A DNA stretch of 64,000 nucleotides from Mustelus asterias (Eukaryota). A program made the position numbers and the translations under genes. Below, piece by piece: positions 38,745 through 52,025 of the stretch (position 1 is the first letter of the stretch; every line of letters starts with the position of its first letter). Under the pieces are notes generated by a model. It did not search any database and was not told the DNA's origin. It saw only the letters and a list, made by a program, of their open reading frames with translations. The stretch lies in contig NW_027590120.1 in assembly GCF_964213995.1 (NCBI RefSeq), positions 124,001 through 188,000 of the forward strand. The letters are read 5' to 3'.

Positions 38745-39485
38745 GGACATTTCATGCCCTCAGGCCTGTCCATGGCCTGCTGCAATATTCCAGTGAAGCT
38801 CAACACAAACCGGAGGAACAACACCTCATCTTTCGCTTCGGCGCTTTACTGGCTTCCGGCCTCAACATCGAATTCAATGTCAGATGATTAGCTCTACCCC
38901 ACTTGGAACCCCTTGTTTCTTTTTTTTAATGTTCTTTACCTTTGTTTTTCCCCATCTTTCTTTTCTCTCGTTTATTTTCCTTTTTAACATTTTTCTACTT
39001 TCATTTCCGATCTTTTATTTTTCATTGTATTCGTCTTTCTTTATTTTTCTTCCCACTCTACTCTTACCCCCATTTTACTTTTTTCCTTCTTTCCTTACCC
39101 CCCCCCCCTACCCTTTATTCTTTCATTCATCCCTTTTCCTCTTCTTTTCTACTTTTTTCCCACGCTTCTCCCTTTGTCACCCCTCCCCCAACTTCAGGGC
39201 CATCTGTTACATCTCTAGTTTACCCTCTGATTTTGACTTCTCTGCCGTTTGGCCATTCACACATTCTATTCTCTCCATGGACTTCCATCAGCACATCTTA
39301 GCACCTTTCCCTTCGTTCTTGCCTATGACTCATCTTTTATTCCCTCACCCTACAGCATAAATATCTTTCAGTATCTATGCTCTTTAGTTTTGACAAACGG
39401 TCGTCCAGACTCGAAACATCAGCTCTTTTCTCTCCTTACCGATGCTGCCAAACGTACTGAGCTTGTCCAGCATTTTCCCTTTTTA
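38745..39485 (+). mobile_element. Penelope-like element 3' portion (GIY-YIG C-terminus, pyrimidine-rich UTR, decayed hammerhead)
   Basis: EAQHKPEEQHLIFRFGALLASGLNIEF* matches the C-terminus of PLE endonucleases; TGACAAACGGTCGTCCAGACTCGAAAC at ~39390. Confidence 0.7.
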
Positions 39486-40219
39486 TCAGAGGTTCATGTT
39501 CTCTCAAACGTGGCCCTCACGCACACACCAACTATGTTTCATTTGCACGTTCTTTCTCTCTCACTTTTCCCTTCACACACTCTCATACGCACTCAAGTAT
39601 AAAATAACGCTGCAAACACACACATTTTCTCTTTCTCTCTCTCTCTCTCTGAGACACACACACTCACGCACACTGTCTCTCACACACAGAGACACTGCCT
39701 CACACATGGAAAATCTCAGGCTCTCACATGCAAATGTCTCTCACACACTCCCTCTCAGACGAACGACACACAATCTCGGCCACACACACGTCTCTCACTC
39801 TCCTTTCTCACGCAAACACACACCACACACGATCTTTCTTTCATTCTCTCTCTCTCACACACAAACACACGCACGCAAACACACCTACACACACACAAAC
39901 ACACACCCACACTGTCTAACACATATTATCCCCAACACCAGCACTCCACAAGCTATGTCCTCAGCCCCTTACTAAACTTCTTATAGTAAGAAGGTTAAAT
40001 TCCAACAGGTTTATTTGGAATCACGACCTTTCGGAGCTCTGCTCCTTCGTCACGGGAGTCCACTTTGAGCCGACGGCTTGCGGTGCCGATGATAGCAATG
40101 ATGTGTAGATGCCAGCGTTGGACTGGGGTGGGTACAGTAAGAAGTCGCACAACACCAGGTTAAAGTCCAACAGGTTCATTTGGAATCATGAGCTTTCATA
40201 GCGCTGCTCCATTATCTGA

Positions 40220-41148
40220 TCCACCCTCACTGACACACATTGACTCACTTATCCTCACTGACCCAAACTCACCCACACTCACTCATTCACCCTCATTCAC
40301 CCACCCACACTCACGCTCAAACAATCACCCTTACTCGCACACCCTCAGTCACTTACACTCTCTCAAACATCCACACTCACCCCGACTCACTCACATGCTC
40401 TTATGCACCCTCTTTCGCTCACACACTCTCATTCATCCACCTTCATTCACTCATCCCCACTCACCCAGCCTCATTCACCCACACTCACCTTCACCCACCC
40501 TCACCCTGACACACCCATCGGCATTCATCCTCACTCAACCTCACTCACTCACCATCTCTCAGTCACCCACGCTCACTCTTCCTCAATCACTCGCCGTCAC
40601 TGAAACTCAATCACCTTCACTCACACATCCTGATTCACTCACAATCGCTCACCCTCACTCAGTCACTCATTACAATTCACTAAGACTCACTAATTCACTC
40701 TCACTCACTTTCACCACCTCACTCAGTCACCCTGGTTCACTCACCCAACCTCAGTTACTCTCAGTGACACTCACACACTGTCCAACATCATTCACTCATT
40801 CTCACTCACTCACTTTCACACTACCTCACTCACACAGCGTCACTCAGTCGCCCTCACTCACCCTCACTCACTCACGTTCACTCACACTCACTCATATGCA
40901 CTCATCTTCATCCATCCCCATGCACTCACTCACTCATTGAAACTTAGTTGCGTCACTCACCCTCATTCACTCACCTTCACTCACACTCACTCATGTGCAC
41001 TCATCTTCATCATCCCCATGCACTTATTCAGTCACTGAAACTTCTTTGTGTCACTCACTCTCACTCACTCACCATCATTCAATCAGCCTCACTCACTCAC
41101 CCTCATCCCTCACCCAGCATCACTCACTCACACTCTCCCACTCACAGT
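40220..41148. repeat. C/A-rich (CACT/CTCA)n low-complexity tract
   Basis: Continuous CACTCA-like repeats; the ORFs here are compositional artefacts. Confidence 0.85.
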
Positions 41149-41149
41149 C

Positions 41150-41945
41150 GCGAAATCGGCGGCGGTGGGTGGGGAGGGAGGTGGGGAGGTGGTGGGGGGG
41201 GGGGTGGTCTATTCAACAACAGAGAACTGAAGTGAGATCTGCAGACGAGTGATGTCCAAATGCAGGAGAATGCCAAGAGAGAGATGAAGGGAAGCTCAAG
41301 AGCCAGGGAAACTGCACAGAGGCGGGGAAACCACAGGATGCAAGTGGAAATGGCCGACAGCCAGGGAAATTCAGAGACCAGGTTAAAGGATGGACAGCCG
41401 GTGGAACGGGCACAAAGATGAAAGGAAGTACAGAGAGTCGGAGAAAATTACAGAATGCCTTGGAAAAGAGTACAGAACCGGAGGAAAATGCAGGGAGTCG
41501 GGGGGAAAGGGCTGAGAACCATGGGAAAGGGCATACAGCCGGGTGATTGGGAAAAGAGCTGGCGGGAAAGAGCATAGAGCCAGGGGGAATGGCAGGATGC
41601 CGGTGAAAAAAGCAAGGAGTCGGGGGAAAGGGCAAAGAGGCGGGGGAAAGGGCAGAGAGCCGGGGGACAATGGTAGAGAGAGAGTGGAGATACAGGAAGG
41701 AACGTAGCATACAGAAAGTCCAGAAAGAGCAGAGAAAGGGCACAGAGCCTGGGGAAAGTGTAGGGAGAGGGAGTCATGGCAGAGACGCGGGGAAAAGCGA
41801 AGTGGGGGGGCGGGGGTCAAATGTGCAGAGAGCATAGTGAGACGGGTCAAAGCGCAGGGAGCCGGGGAAAAATGTGGAAAGCCGAGGGATCGGGGAAAGA
41901 TCCGGGAAAGAGTAGACAGCTAACTTTCCGTAGGCGAGGGGAAAG
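41150..41945. repeat. G/A-rich degenerate minisatellite
   Basis: Repeated GGCAGAGAGCCGGGG(G)AAAG-like ~20 bp units and long G runs. Confidence 0.75.
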
Positions 41946-42079
41946 GTTGGAATATGGAGTTAACAGCACAATCAGTTCAGCCATGATGTTACTGAATGGA
42001 GGAGAAAGCTCAAGGGGCGGAATGTCCTTCTCATGCTTTGAATGTATGGTCCTAAGATTAGAGAAAATTGTTTAATTAT

Positions 42080-43082
42080 TTTGTTTATTCATTCTTGGGA
42101 TATGGGCTCGCTGGATGGCCAGCCTTTATTGCCCATCCCTGGTTGCCCTCGAGAAGGTGGTGGTGAGCTGCCTTCTTGAATCGCTGCAGTTCATGTTCTG
42201 TGGAATGCCGTTAGGGAGGGAATTCCAGGATTTTGACCCAGCGACTGCGAAGGAACGGCGATATATTTCCAAGTCGGGATGGTGAACGGCTTGGAGGGGA
42301 ACTTGCAGGTGGAGGTGTTCCCATTTATCTGCCGCCGTTGTCCTTTTAGATGCAAGAGTTCTTGAGTGTGGAAGCTGCTGTCTAAGAATCTTTGGTCAAT
42401 TGCTGCAGTGCATCTTGCAGATAGCATACACTGCTGCTACTGAGCGTCGGTGGTGGAGAGATTGGATCTTTGTAGATCCGTGGCAATCAAGCGGGCTGCT
42501 TTGTCCGGGATGGTGTCAAGCTTCCTGAGTGTTGTTGGAGCTGCACCCATCCAGCCAAGTGGGGAGTATTCCATTGCACTTTTGACAAGTACCTTTTAGT
42601 TGATTGATAGGCTTTGGGGAGTCAGGAGTTGAGTTACTCGCCGCGGTATTCCTAGCCTCTGAACTGTTCTCGTAGCCACTGTGTTTATGTGGTGTGCCCA
42701 GTTGAGTTTCTGGTCAATGGTAACCCCAAAAGTGTCGACATTGATTCAGTGATGTTAACACCATCAAAAGTCAAGGGACTGTGTTTAGAGTTTCCCTTAT
42801 TTGTGATTGTCATTGCCTGGCATTTGTGTGGCGCGAATGTTACTTGCCACCTGTCAGACTCAAGCCTGGATATTGTCCAGATCTTGTTGCATTTGAACAT
42901 GGACTGCTTCACCATCTGATGAGTGGCGAATCATTGGTGAATATCCCCACTTCTGACCTTACGACGGAGGGAAGGTCATTGCTGAAGCAGCTGAAGACTG
43001 TTCGGCTTAGGATACTACCCGAAGGCAGAGATGTTCTTGAGCTGAGATGACTGACCCTCCATAACCACAGCCACCTTCCTAT
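42080..43082 (-). mobile_element. Non-LTR retrotransposon 3' fragment (CR1/L2 group)
   Basis: WQVTFAPHKCQAMTI, typical of the region after RT; related tail fragments at ~21090-21290, ~38190-38355 and ~58905. Confidence 0.7.
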
Positions 43083-43338
43083 GGACTATCACTTGCTGAT
43101 TTTGCCGTTCGTCATGCAAGTCGTCTTTGTAGTTCAAGTAGTAATTGCAATTGCTTGAATTAGTATTGACAGTTAGGGCATATGATGATTACATAAATAT
43201 TCATCCTGATGGCATTTTTAAAGCAAAGTCACGAATCATTGTTTTTGGGGCTTTGGGTGTTGTAGGAGGGGGCGTTTGGTGGCAGAGGGATGGAAAGAGG
43301 AGGAGAGGGGCATTAGTGGGCTTGAACACTGGCAATTT

Positions 43339-43718
43339 GGCCGCATGGTGGCACAGTGTTTAGCACTGCTGCCTCTCAGCGCCAGGGACCCAGGCTCGAT
43401 TTCAACCCCAGTCACTGTCTGTGTGGAGTTTGTACATCCTCTCCGTGCCTGCGTGGGTTTCCTTCGGGTGCTCCGGTTTCCTCCCACACTTCAAAGATGT
43501 GCGGGTTACATTGACTGGCCAGGCTAAATTGACCCTAGTGTCAGGGGGATTAGCAGGGTAATATTCGATATGAAATGTGTTTACAGAGAATATTCCACGA
43601 GCTGGCAGGGTTCGCAAGAGCAGTAGCAGGGTTTGGGAATAGGGCCTGGGTGGGATTGTCATTGGTACAGACTAAATGGGCCAAATGGCCTCCTTCTGTA
43701 CTGTAGGGATTCTCTAAT
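43339..43718 (+). mobile_element. HE1-type SINE
   Basis: Same head, body and tail as 18434-18778. Confidence 0.85.
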
Positions 43719-44104
43719 TTCCAAAACTGCAACGACATAAATGTAGAGACAACTTCCTCCTCACCAACTGTTGATGATTGAGAAACAAATGGTCGCAGAG
43801 TTGATGGACTGAATCCGCTGTCTCTTCTCTTTTGATCCAATGCCATGTATGTCATTCAGATAACGTCAAAATGTTTTTTTTCTCCAATGTGACAGAGACG
43901 GAGAAAGAGATGTGAGTTTCTACAGAGGGAAGGAACAGGTGATGGTTTCTAACTAATAGCACAAATAAAATCTCAAATGTGATGTAGGTTTTGTTCGGAA
44001 ATATTAGCATAACCTCACAGTTCTGGTCAAATCCTGAAATGTCTGCTGGCTTAGTAATCGCAAATAACAGAGTCTAACTTGTTATATCGGCCATTCTTTC
44101 CCAG

Positions 44105-44404
44105 CGACACCGTCTCCGCTCGTTCTCCACAACCTGGTCTCCTCCTGTCAGCAACACAACACCGACGGCACCGTCACCTACGGCTGCTTGGCGATGGACT
44201 ACTTCCCAGAAATCACCAGGCTGACCTGGAAGAAAGATGGACAGCCGATCACCACTGGAGTTAAGACTTACCCATCAATGAGAAACACAAAGGGAACCTA
44301 CACCCTAAGCAGCCAATTAACCATCACCGAGTCAGAGGGAGCATGCAGCAACATCAACTGTGAGGTTCGACACAGCGGTTCAGATAAGAGCATTGAAATG
44401 CAAT
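44105..44404 (+). CDS. IGHM: IgM CH1 exon
   Basis: ag|[16 protein letters not shown]...[10 protein letters not shown]...WKKDG...YTLSSQL...[17 protein letters not shown]|GTAAGT. Confidence 0.95.
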
Positions 44405-44611
44405 GTAAGTGTTGTAGAAATTGTACATAACAAAATTCCTTTGATTAACCTGTATGTGACATTTGTTATAACTAATTTATAGAGATCTGCATATTCTTGA
44501 CCCCTGGAATATCCAGGTTTGTGTCCATTGACTGCAAATGAATTGATAATACAGAATGCATTTGATTGATCAACATCTTCTGCTGAAAATGATTAACATG
44601 TGTTTCTGAAG

Positions 44612-44926
44612 GTCCTCGAGATGACATCGCACCAACCGTTATCCTCACCGTGAGTTCCAGTGAAGAAATCACAAGAAGCAAATTTGCAACCGTTATCTGT
44701 TCAATTATCGATTTCTTTCCAAAGTCAATGACGGTGAAGTGGCTGAAGAATGGACAACCCATGGATTCAGGAATTGTCACCTCTCCCGCCTGGAATGCGA
44801 ATGGGAACTTCTCGGCGAGCAGTGGGCTGACAGTCTCCGCTGGAGAATGGTTCAGCAAAGCAGTCTATACCTGCCAGGTCACTCATCAAGGCCTCCTCCA
44901 AAGTCGAAACATCACTGGATCTCTGG
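44612..44926 (+). CDS. IGHM: IgM CH2 exon
   Basis: ag|[15 protein letters not shown]...[10 protein letters not shown]...WLKNG...YTCQVTHQG...GSL G|GTAAG. Confidence 0.95.
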
Positions 44927-45604
44927 GTAAGAGGCACAGACCAATAAAGAAATTGGTTACTCTGCGCTCTGCTTTTAATCAAAACCAAAAATGATTGAAG
45001 TTAGGACATAGCAGGCAACAAATTCTTAGTTATTTCTATGTAGTTTGTGTTTCATTCTAATGTAAGAGCTCCATTTGGATTGCTCACTATTCAGGATTTT
45101 ATCAGAATTGCAAACAATGATTCCCCCAACTTTGATACTTTGATGTCATATAGTGAGAGAGGTGGAATTGATACCAGCTTTATCCTTTGATTTCATTTAT
45201 TAGTGTGACATGCATTAATATGCACAGAAATTCCTGAGGCAGCTGATAATATTTGGACTGATGTCGTTGTCTGGTAACACCTTTAGGGTAATGTGTTGAA
45301 AAGTGCATTCACCCTATTTATAAACCAACGTTCAGGACTGCATTCCTGAGATCAGGAATGATATATTTGTATTGGGAAAGTTGCAATGTCGATTCATTAG
45401 AATGGGAGTGGAGCAGAAATATTTTAACAATGAGAATAGTTTTCCCAGACCAAGCTGGTTTTTCATTGACTATAGAAGATTAAGGGCGATGGTTGGAGTT
45501 TGATATCTCGAAGTTGATTTATTCCATTTAGAGTGTGAGGGCTGAATAATGTTGTCTTGATTCTGAAGATGGAACTTGTGTTGATTTTCATTTTTCCTTT
45601 GCAG

Positions 45605-45913
45605 ATTCTTACCAGAATGCTGATTCCACCTTGACAATACTGCCACCACCAATTGAACAGGTCTTACTGGAGGCTACTGTAACCTTAACCTGTGTCATAT
45701 CTCATGCTCCTTATGGACTCAACGTGTCCTGGAGCCAAGACAAGAAGGCTTTGAAATCAGAAATTGCTGAAAAGCCTGGAGAGGATCCTTACAGCGTCGT
45801 CAGCAACTTAAACATCTCAACACAAGCCTGGCTGAGTGGGACTGTGTTTGACTGCATTGCGAACCATGAGGATCTGCCGACACCTTTAAGAAAATCCGTC
45901 CACAAGGAAGAAG
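45605..45913 (+). CDS. IGHM: IgM CH3 exon
   Basis: ag|[31 protein letters not shown]...[23 protein letters not shown]|GTGAGT. Confidence 0.95.
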
Positions 45914-46129
45914 GTGAGTGGAGGGATTGGAGCGATTAATGAGCCATTGTGTCTATTTACATGATATGTGTAAAGTCAATATGTATTATTCCATGTTCTT
46001 TTGGCCTCCCCTGATTGGTAATTCCATTAACTAAACACTCTGGTCGTGCGGACTTTTTTAAATGGGGAAATTGATAAGTTGATGAATGAACAATGAATTG
46101 AAGGTGGTGAGATTGGCTTAGATTGAGTA

Positions 46130-47730
46130 AGAGCATGGGCAGTAAGTTATAGTCATTCGACCCTTTGAGTATGCTCTGGCATTCAGTGAGATCATGACAC
46201 ATCCGATAGGGTAACGTTGCACCACTTTCCCGCCCCAACTCCATATTTGTTGATTCCCTTATTGATTACAAATTTGTCTACGAACATACTTAATGACCCA
46301 GCGTCTAGAGACCACTGTAGTAAATAATTTAACAGATTCACTACCCTCTGAGAGGAAATTCCTCCTTATCCCTGTCCTAAATGGCCCAGTCCCTTACTCA
46401 GATATTATACCTTGTAGTCCGAGACTCTTCCACAAAAGGGGAGAAAAGAAATTTCTCAGCATCTACCCTGTCCCGACACCTGAGCATGATATATAGCTCA
46501 ATAAGGTTGCCTCACATTCATCTAATCTCCAGTGAGTTACATGGCAGACCTCCTCAACCATTCCTCGAAGGAACATGCATCAAATCGCATTTGTCCGGAT
46601 AAAATTCCATCTGACATTTCCCCTCCCAAATTGTCAGTCTACCTATATCCTGCTGTATTATTTGACAATCCTCATCACTATCCGCAGTTCCAGCAATCTT
46701 AGTATCATCCGCACATTTTCTAATGATGCCAGCTGCATGTTATTGAAGTAATGTATATAAGATATATATATATTTATATATATTACAAACAACAGAGGTT
46801 TCAGCATTGATCCGTGTGGAACACCACCAGTTATGGACCGCCATTCAGAAAAAAGAAACATCCTTCCACCGCTACGGTCTTCTATGGCCAAGCTAGTTCT
46901 GACTTCATCCAGCGAGTTCACCCTTGATGCCATGTTATTGAACCTTTTGCACCAGCCTGCCATGCGGGATCTTTTTAAATGCTTTACTAAATTCCATGTA
47001 GACAACATTCACGGCCTTTCCCTCGTCAATCATTTCTGTCATTTCCTTATTTATTGGGATCAAAACTCTTCACCATTTGAAGATTGTGCCAGGTTGCATC
47101 GTTTATCCTTTTTTCCCTATTGTTATATTCCATTCCTTTTAAAATGATGCCCAACATTCCATTTGTATTTCTCATTACCTGTTGAACTTGCACGCTAGTT
47201 TTTGTGATATATGCACGATGATCCCCAAATCGCATGTTGCTGCAGCTTTATGCTGTTTTTGTCCATTTAAATAATATTCAACCCCTTTACTCTTCCCAAC
47301 AATGTGCATAAATTCACATTGTCCTGCATTATATTCCACCTGCCAAGTTTTTGTTCACTTGCTTAACCTGCTCATATTCCTCTGCAGATTTTTTGCAAAA
47401 TTCTCATCACTTGCCTTCCCACCTATTTTGTTCGATCCGCAAACCTAACTATTGTACATTCAACTATCTTGTTTACCTCATTTCCATATATCATCAATAA
47501 TGCTGATCCCAGCAGCGGTTCTAGTGGCACTCTACTAGTTACAGTTTGCCATCTTGTAAATGCTCCCCGGATCCAAATTTTCTGGCTTCTTTTAGTTAGC
47601 CCATTCTCTGTCCATGATGATATAATACCGCCAACACTATGGCCTCTTTTCTTATTAAGTAGCCTTTTGTGCATTTCCCTATTGAATGCTTTTTGGAAAT
47701 CCAAGTGCATTGCATTTATTGGTTTCCCCT
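46130..47730 (-). mobile_element. Cluster of old CR1 fragments in the CH3-CH4 intron
   Basis: Minus-strand remnants [30 protein letters not shown]. Confidence 0.75.
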
Positions 47731-47954
47731 GTACCTCTGGGGGTAAGATAGGAAGGGCCTGGTGCAGAATTGAAATCCAGAACAGTAGGGAGCAAAGAAA
47801 AGCATATCAATCTCTGCTCCGAACTGGGAAACCGGGCAGATCACAAAGATGAACATTTAAACCCATACATCCAAAACATTCCCCTCGCCTCTGGTCTACC
47901 GTTTAATTGTATCTGGAACTCTCCACTTTATTGACATTTATTATATATTTTCAG

Positions 47955-48349
47955 CAGATCCAAATCCGCGGGAACCGTCCGTTTCTGTCCTCATGCCCTC
48001 CGCAGAAGAAGTCTCCGCTCAAAAAATAGTCTCCCTCTCCTGCTTAGTGAGAGGTTTCTCCCCCCGAGAGATCTTCGTCAAGTGGACCTTCAAAGACAAG
48101 CCGGTGAACCCCGGGAACTACAGTAACACGAAGGTGATGGCGGAGAACGGCAATAGCTCCTTCTTCATGTACAGTCTGTTATCCATTGCAGCGTTGGAGT
48201 GGGCCAGCGGCGCTTCTTACTCCTGTGTGGTGGGACATGAAGCCATCCCCTTGAAGATCATCAACAGAACGGTTGATAAATCCAGCGGTAAACCCAGTTT
48301 TGTGAACATTTCTCTTGCACTGATGGACACCGTTAATTCCTGTCATTGA
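47955..48349 (+). CDS. IGHM: IgM CH4 exon with secretory tailpiece (internal donor at 48287/48288 for the membrane form)
   Basis: [12 protein letters not shown]...[10 protein letters not shown]...[24 protein letters not shown]|GTAAA; tail [19 protein letters not shown] with NIS sequon and penultimate Cys. Confidence 0.96.
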
Positions 48350-48376
48350 GAATCACTCGGTTACATTCAGAACTTC

Positions 48377-48391
48377 AATAAAAGTAATAAA
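48377..48391 (+). terminator. Secretory poly(A) signals
   Basis: Two AATAAA, at 48377 and 48386. Confidence 0.8.
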
Positions 48392-48620
48392 AGCTTTTTT
48401 CTCCAACGATGAATGAAATACCCGATCGCTTAGTTGATTGTTTTCCTGTTTTACTTACGTTAGATATCTTTGGTTTGGGTCTCATATTTACAGGTCTCGC
48501 TCCCAATTCTTGGTAACCAGCGATCCCCGTTCAGATACACACTATCGAAACTGAGGTGGAGGTCCATTAACTCACGCACCGAACCCCACTTGCCTCAATT
48601 AAAAGACGAGGAATGCGATT

Positions 48621-48949
48621 ATAGAGAATCATAGAATCTTGTCGTGCAGAAGGAGGCCGTTCGGCCCATCGAGTCTGCACAGACCACAATTCCACCCAGA
48701 CCCAATCCCCTTCATCCCATGCATTTACCCTAGCTAGTCCCCCTGACACTAAGGGGCAATTTAGCATCGCCAATCCACCTAGCCTGCATATCTTTGGACT
48801 GTGGAAGGAAATCAGAGCACCTGGAGGAAACGCACGCAGACACGGGGAAACCTGCAGAACCCACACACACAGTGACCCAAACCGGTAATCGAACCCACGT
48901 CCCTGGCGCTGTGAAGCAGCAGTGTTAATCACTGTGCCACCGTGGAGCC
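48621..48949 (-). mobile_element. HE1-type SINE
   Basis: Reverse complement of the family at 18434. Confidence 0.85.
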
Positions 48950-49121
48950 ACAAACGTAACCCACTGTGGCTCCAGTTCCTCTGCGGATAGATCCAAAAGG
49001 GTAATTACCGGCGAAACAGAGCAAACTATGAGCTCACTATTTCCCTCTCCTCAGACAGTGCATTCGGAAGGGCATTTCCGATAAGAACTCAGTTGCCATC
49101 AGTAGAAATTGACTTTTATTT

Positions 49122-50502
49122 CCGGGATTTTAGAGTCCATTATTAAAGATGAGATCGCAGAGTATTTGGAAGTGCATGACAACGTAGGACTGAGTCAGCA
49201 CGGCTTTGTCAAGGGGAAGTCATGTCTGTCAAATCTGCTGGAGTACTTTGAGGATGTAACAAGGACGTTAGATAAAGGAGAACAAGTATATGTGATTTGT
49301 TTAGATTTCCAGAAGGTCTTTGACATGGTGCTGCATAGGAGACTGTTAAAGAAGTTAATTGCCCATGGTGTTAAGGGTAAGATCCTGGCATGGATAGAGG
49401 ATTGGTTGACTGGCAGAAGGCAGAGAGTTGGGGGTAAAGGGGTCTTTTTCAGGATGTCAACCGGTGACTAGTGGTGTGCCTCACGGGTCGGTGCTGGGAC
49501 CACAACATTTCACAATATACATTAACGATTTGGAAGAAGGAACTGAAGGCACTGTTGCTCAGTTTGCAGATGATACGAAGATATATAGAGGGACAGGTAG
49601 TATTGAGGAAGCAGGGGGGCTGGAGAAGGACTCGGACAGGTTAGGAGAGTGGGAAAAGAAGTGGCAGATGGAATACAATGTGGAAAAGTGTGAGGTTATG
49701 TATTTTGAAAGGAGGAATGGAGGCATACACTACTTTCTAAATCGGAAAATGCTTAGGAAATCAGAAACACAAAGGGACTTGGGTGTCATTTTTCAACATT
49801 CTTGTGAGGTTGATGTGCAGCTTCAGTCGGCAATTAGGAAGGCAAATGCAATGTTAGCATTCATGTCGAGAGGGCCAGAATACAAGAACAGGGATGTATT
49901 TCTGAGGCTGCATAATGCTCTGGTCAGACATCATTTGGAGTATTTTGAGCCGTTTTGGGCCTCATATCTAAGGAAGGATGTGCTGACCTTGAAAAGGGTC
50001 CAGAGGAGGTACACAAAATTATCCCTGGAATGGAGAGCGTGTCGTATGAGGAACGGTTGAGGACTCTAGGTTAATACTTGTTGGAGCTCAGAAGAGTGAG
50101 GGGGGATCTTATTGAAACTTACAGGATACTGCGAGGCCTGGATAGAGTGTTTGTGTGAGGATGTTTCCACTCGTAGGAAAAACTAGAACCAGATGGCTAA
50201 ACCTCAGGCTAAAGGGACGATCCTTTAAAACAGAGAACCATAGAACCATAGATGAGGACTAATTTATTCAGCCAGAGAGTGGTGAATCTATGGAACTCTT
50301 TGCCGCAGAAGGCTGTGGAGGCCAGGTCATTGAGTGTCTTTAAGACATAAATAGATAGTTTCTTGATTAATAAGGGGGCCAGGGGTTATGGGGAAAAGAC
50401 AAGAGAATGGGGATGAGAAAACGATCAGCCATGATTGAATGGCTGAGCAGACTCGATGGGCCGAGTGGCCTAATTCTGCTCCTAGGTCTTATGGTCTTAT
50501 GG
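49122..50502 (+). mobile_element. CR1-clade LINE, 5'-truncated
   Basis: QHGF, LDFQKVFD, GVPHGSVLGP, FADD; (GGTCTTAT)n tail. Confidence 0.9.
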
Positions 50503-50859
50503 ACCTCTGGATTATTGGCCGCAGAGTTTAAACTTCCATTTTGTGAAACATTTCATAAAATATATATTTATCCAAAACTTAAAAATGTTTCAACACTCTT
50601 GCTCCTGTTAGTCATATGCTGGGATTGATTTCTCACAACCCAAATTTAAGCCAACGATTGAATTCTCTCCGGTTTTTACAGTTTTCTCCATGAGTATTCT
50701 GAGACGCATCAATGAATTATTGCATTCACTCATCTGATGTCACCTTGCCGCTCACATAAAAGACATTAGCCACAAACATTGGAAATATTATCCATAATTT
50801 TTATTGTCCGGGTCAGGCTTGATTAATGGTTACCCGTGAAACTTGGAACAGCAATAAGA

Positions 50860-51960
50860 AAACACACAAAACTGACACCATTACAAATATGCGCATCGGC
50901 TCGCACGTCCACACACATATACACATCGACACACATACACACACACAACACAACACACATAAACACAAAGGCACAAATACATACACAAATACACATGCTC
51001 GCACATATTCACACAAATACACAAATACTCATGCAAATACACACATTGACACAAACACGAGCATTCACACACCCAATCATATACGCACATGTATACAATT
51101 TCAGAGAGGCACACACAAATACACGAACACATACGTGCATACACACAAATAAAAAACACTTTTACACACCAAACGTACACGCAACACAAACATTAATGAA
51201 CACACTTACAGAGAAACAAACATGCTCACACTAATTGTCATGCACAAACACATACACAGGCAAACACAAAAACACATGCCCACAAAAACACGCATGCACA
51301 AAAAAAACAGGCACAATACATAGGCACACCTACATTCACACGCACTCTGAATGCACACAACTACACACACACACATTCATGCACACATTCACACACACAT
51401 ACAGAAATGCACACATAGACATATACATGCGCAAACAAATATAAAACATACACACAAACACTCAAACAAGCACATGCGCATATTAATACACACACACACA
51501 CCAGTACATGCATACATACACATACATGCACATACACACACACACAAAAGCATGCACACATATACATAGATACGAACAGACAAACACACATACAGGCACA
51601 TACACAAGCGCACAAATAAATTCATATGTAAGGGCACACGTTCACAATGGCAGAAACATAGACATATAGACACGCAATGTCATACACATTAACACACATA
51701 CATGGACACATACAATAGCACATTATCAGACAACACACGGGCACAGAAACACACAGATGAATAGACAGAAAAACATACACACGCACACATGCAGATGCAA
51801 TCATTTACATCCTCAAACAGAACAGAACACTATCACACACATTAGTACGCATGGAGACTTAAACATCCATCAGCACAAAGTTATAAAGAACTATCAAAAT
51901 TTAAATCCATACACGAACACATTAACAGATAGTCACACGGAAACAGACAAAGAGACACAA
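50860..51960. repeat. (CA)n-like low-complexity tract
   Basis: Degenerate CA/CATA repeats. Confidence 0.85.
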
Positions 51961-52025
51961 AGAAAACAAGACGAATATTAATAGCCTGATGGATAGGTAG
52001 AACACAAAAAAGAAGGATCAAGGCA

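Noticed and set aside
39729-39736. Octamer ATGCAAAT as an intronic enhancer
   Set aside because: An isolated match inside a low-complexity tract.
38240-41850. Long His/Thr/Ser- or Phe/Pro-rich ORFs (e.g. 40188-40940)
   Set aside because: Products of low-complexity repeats; only the Penelope C-terminal piece is real.
50813-51981. Stack of overlapping ORFs on both strands
   Set aside because: Artefacts of the (CA)n tract.
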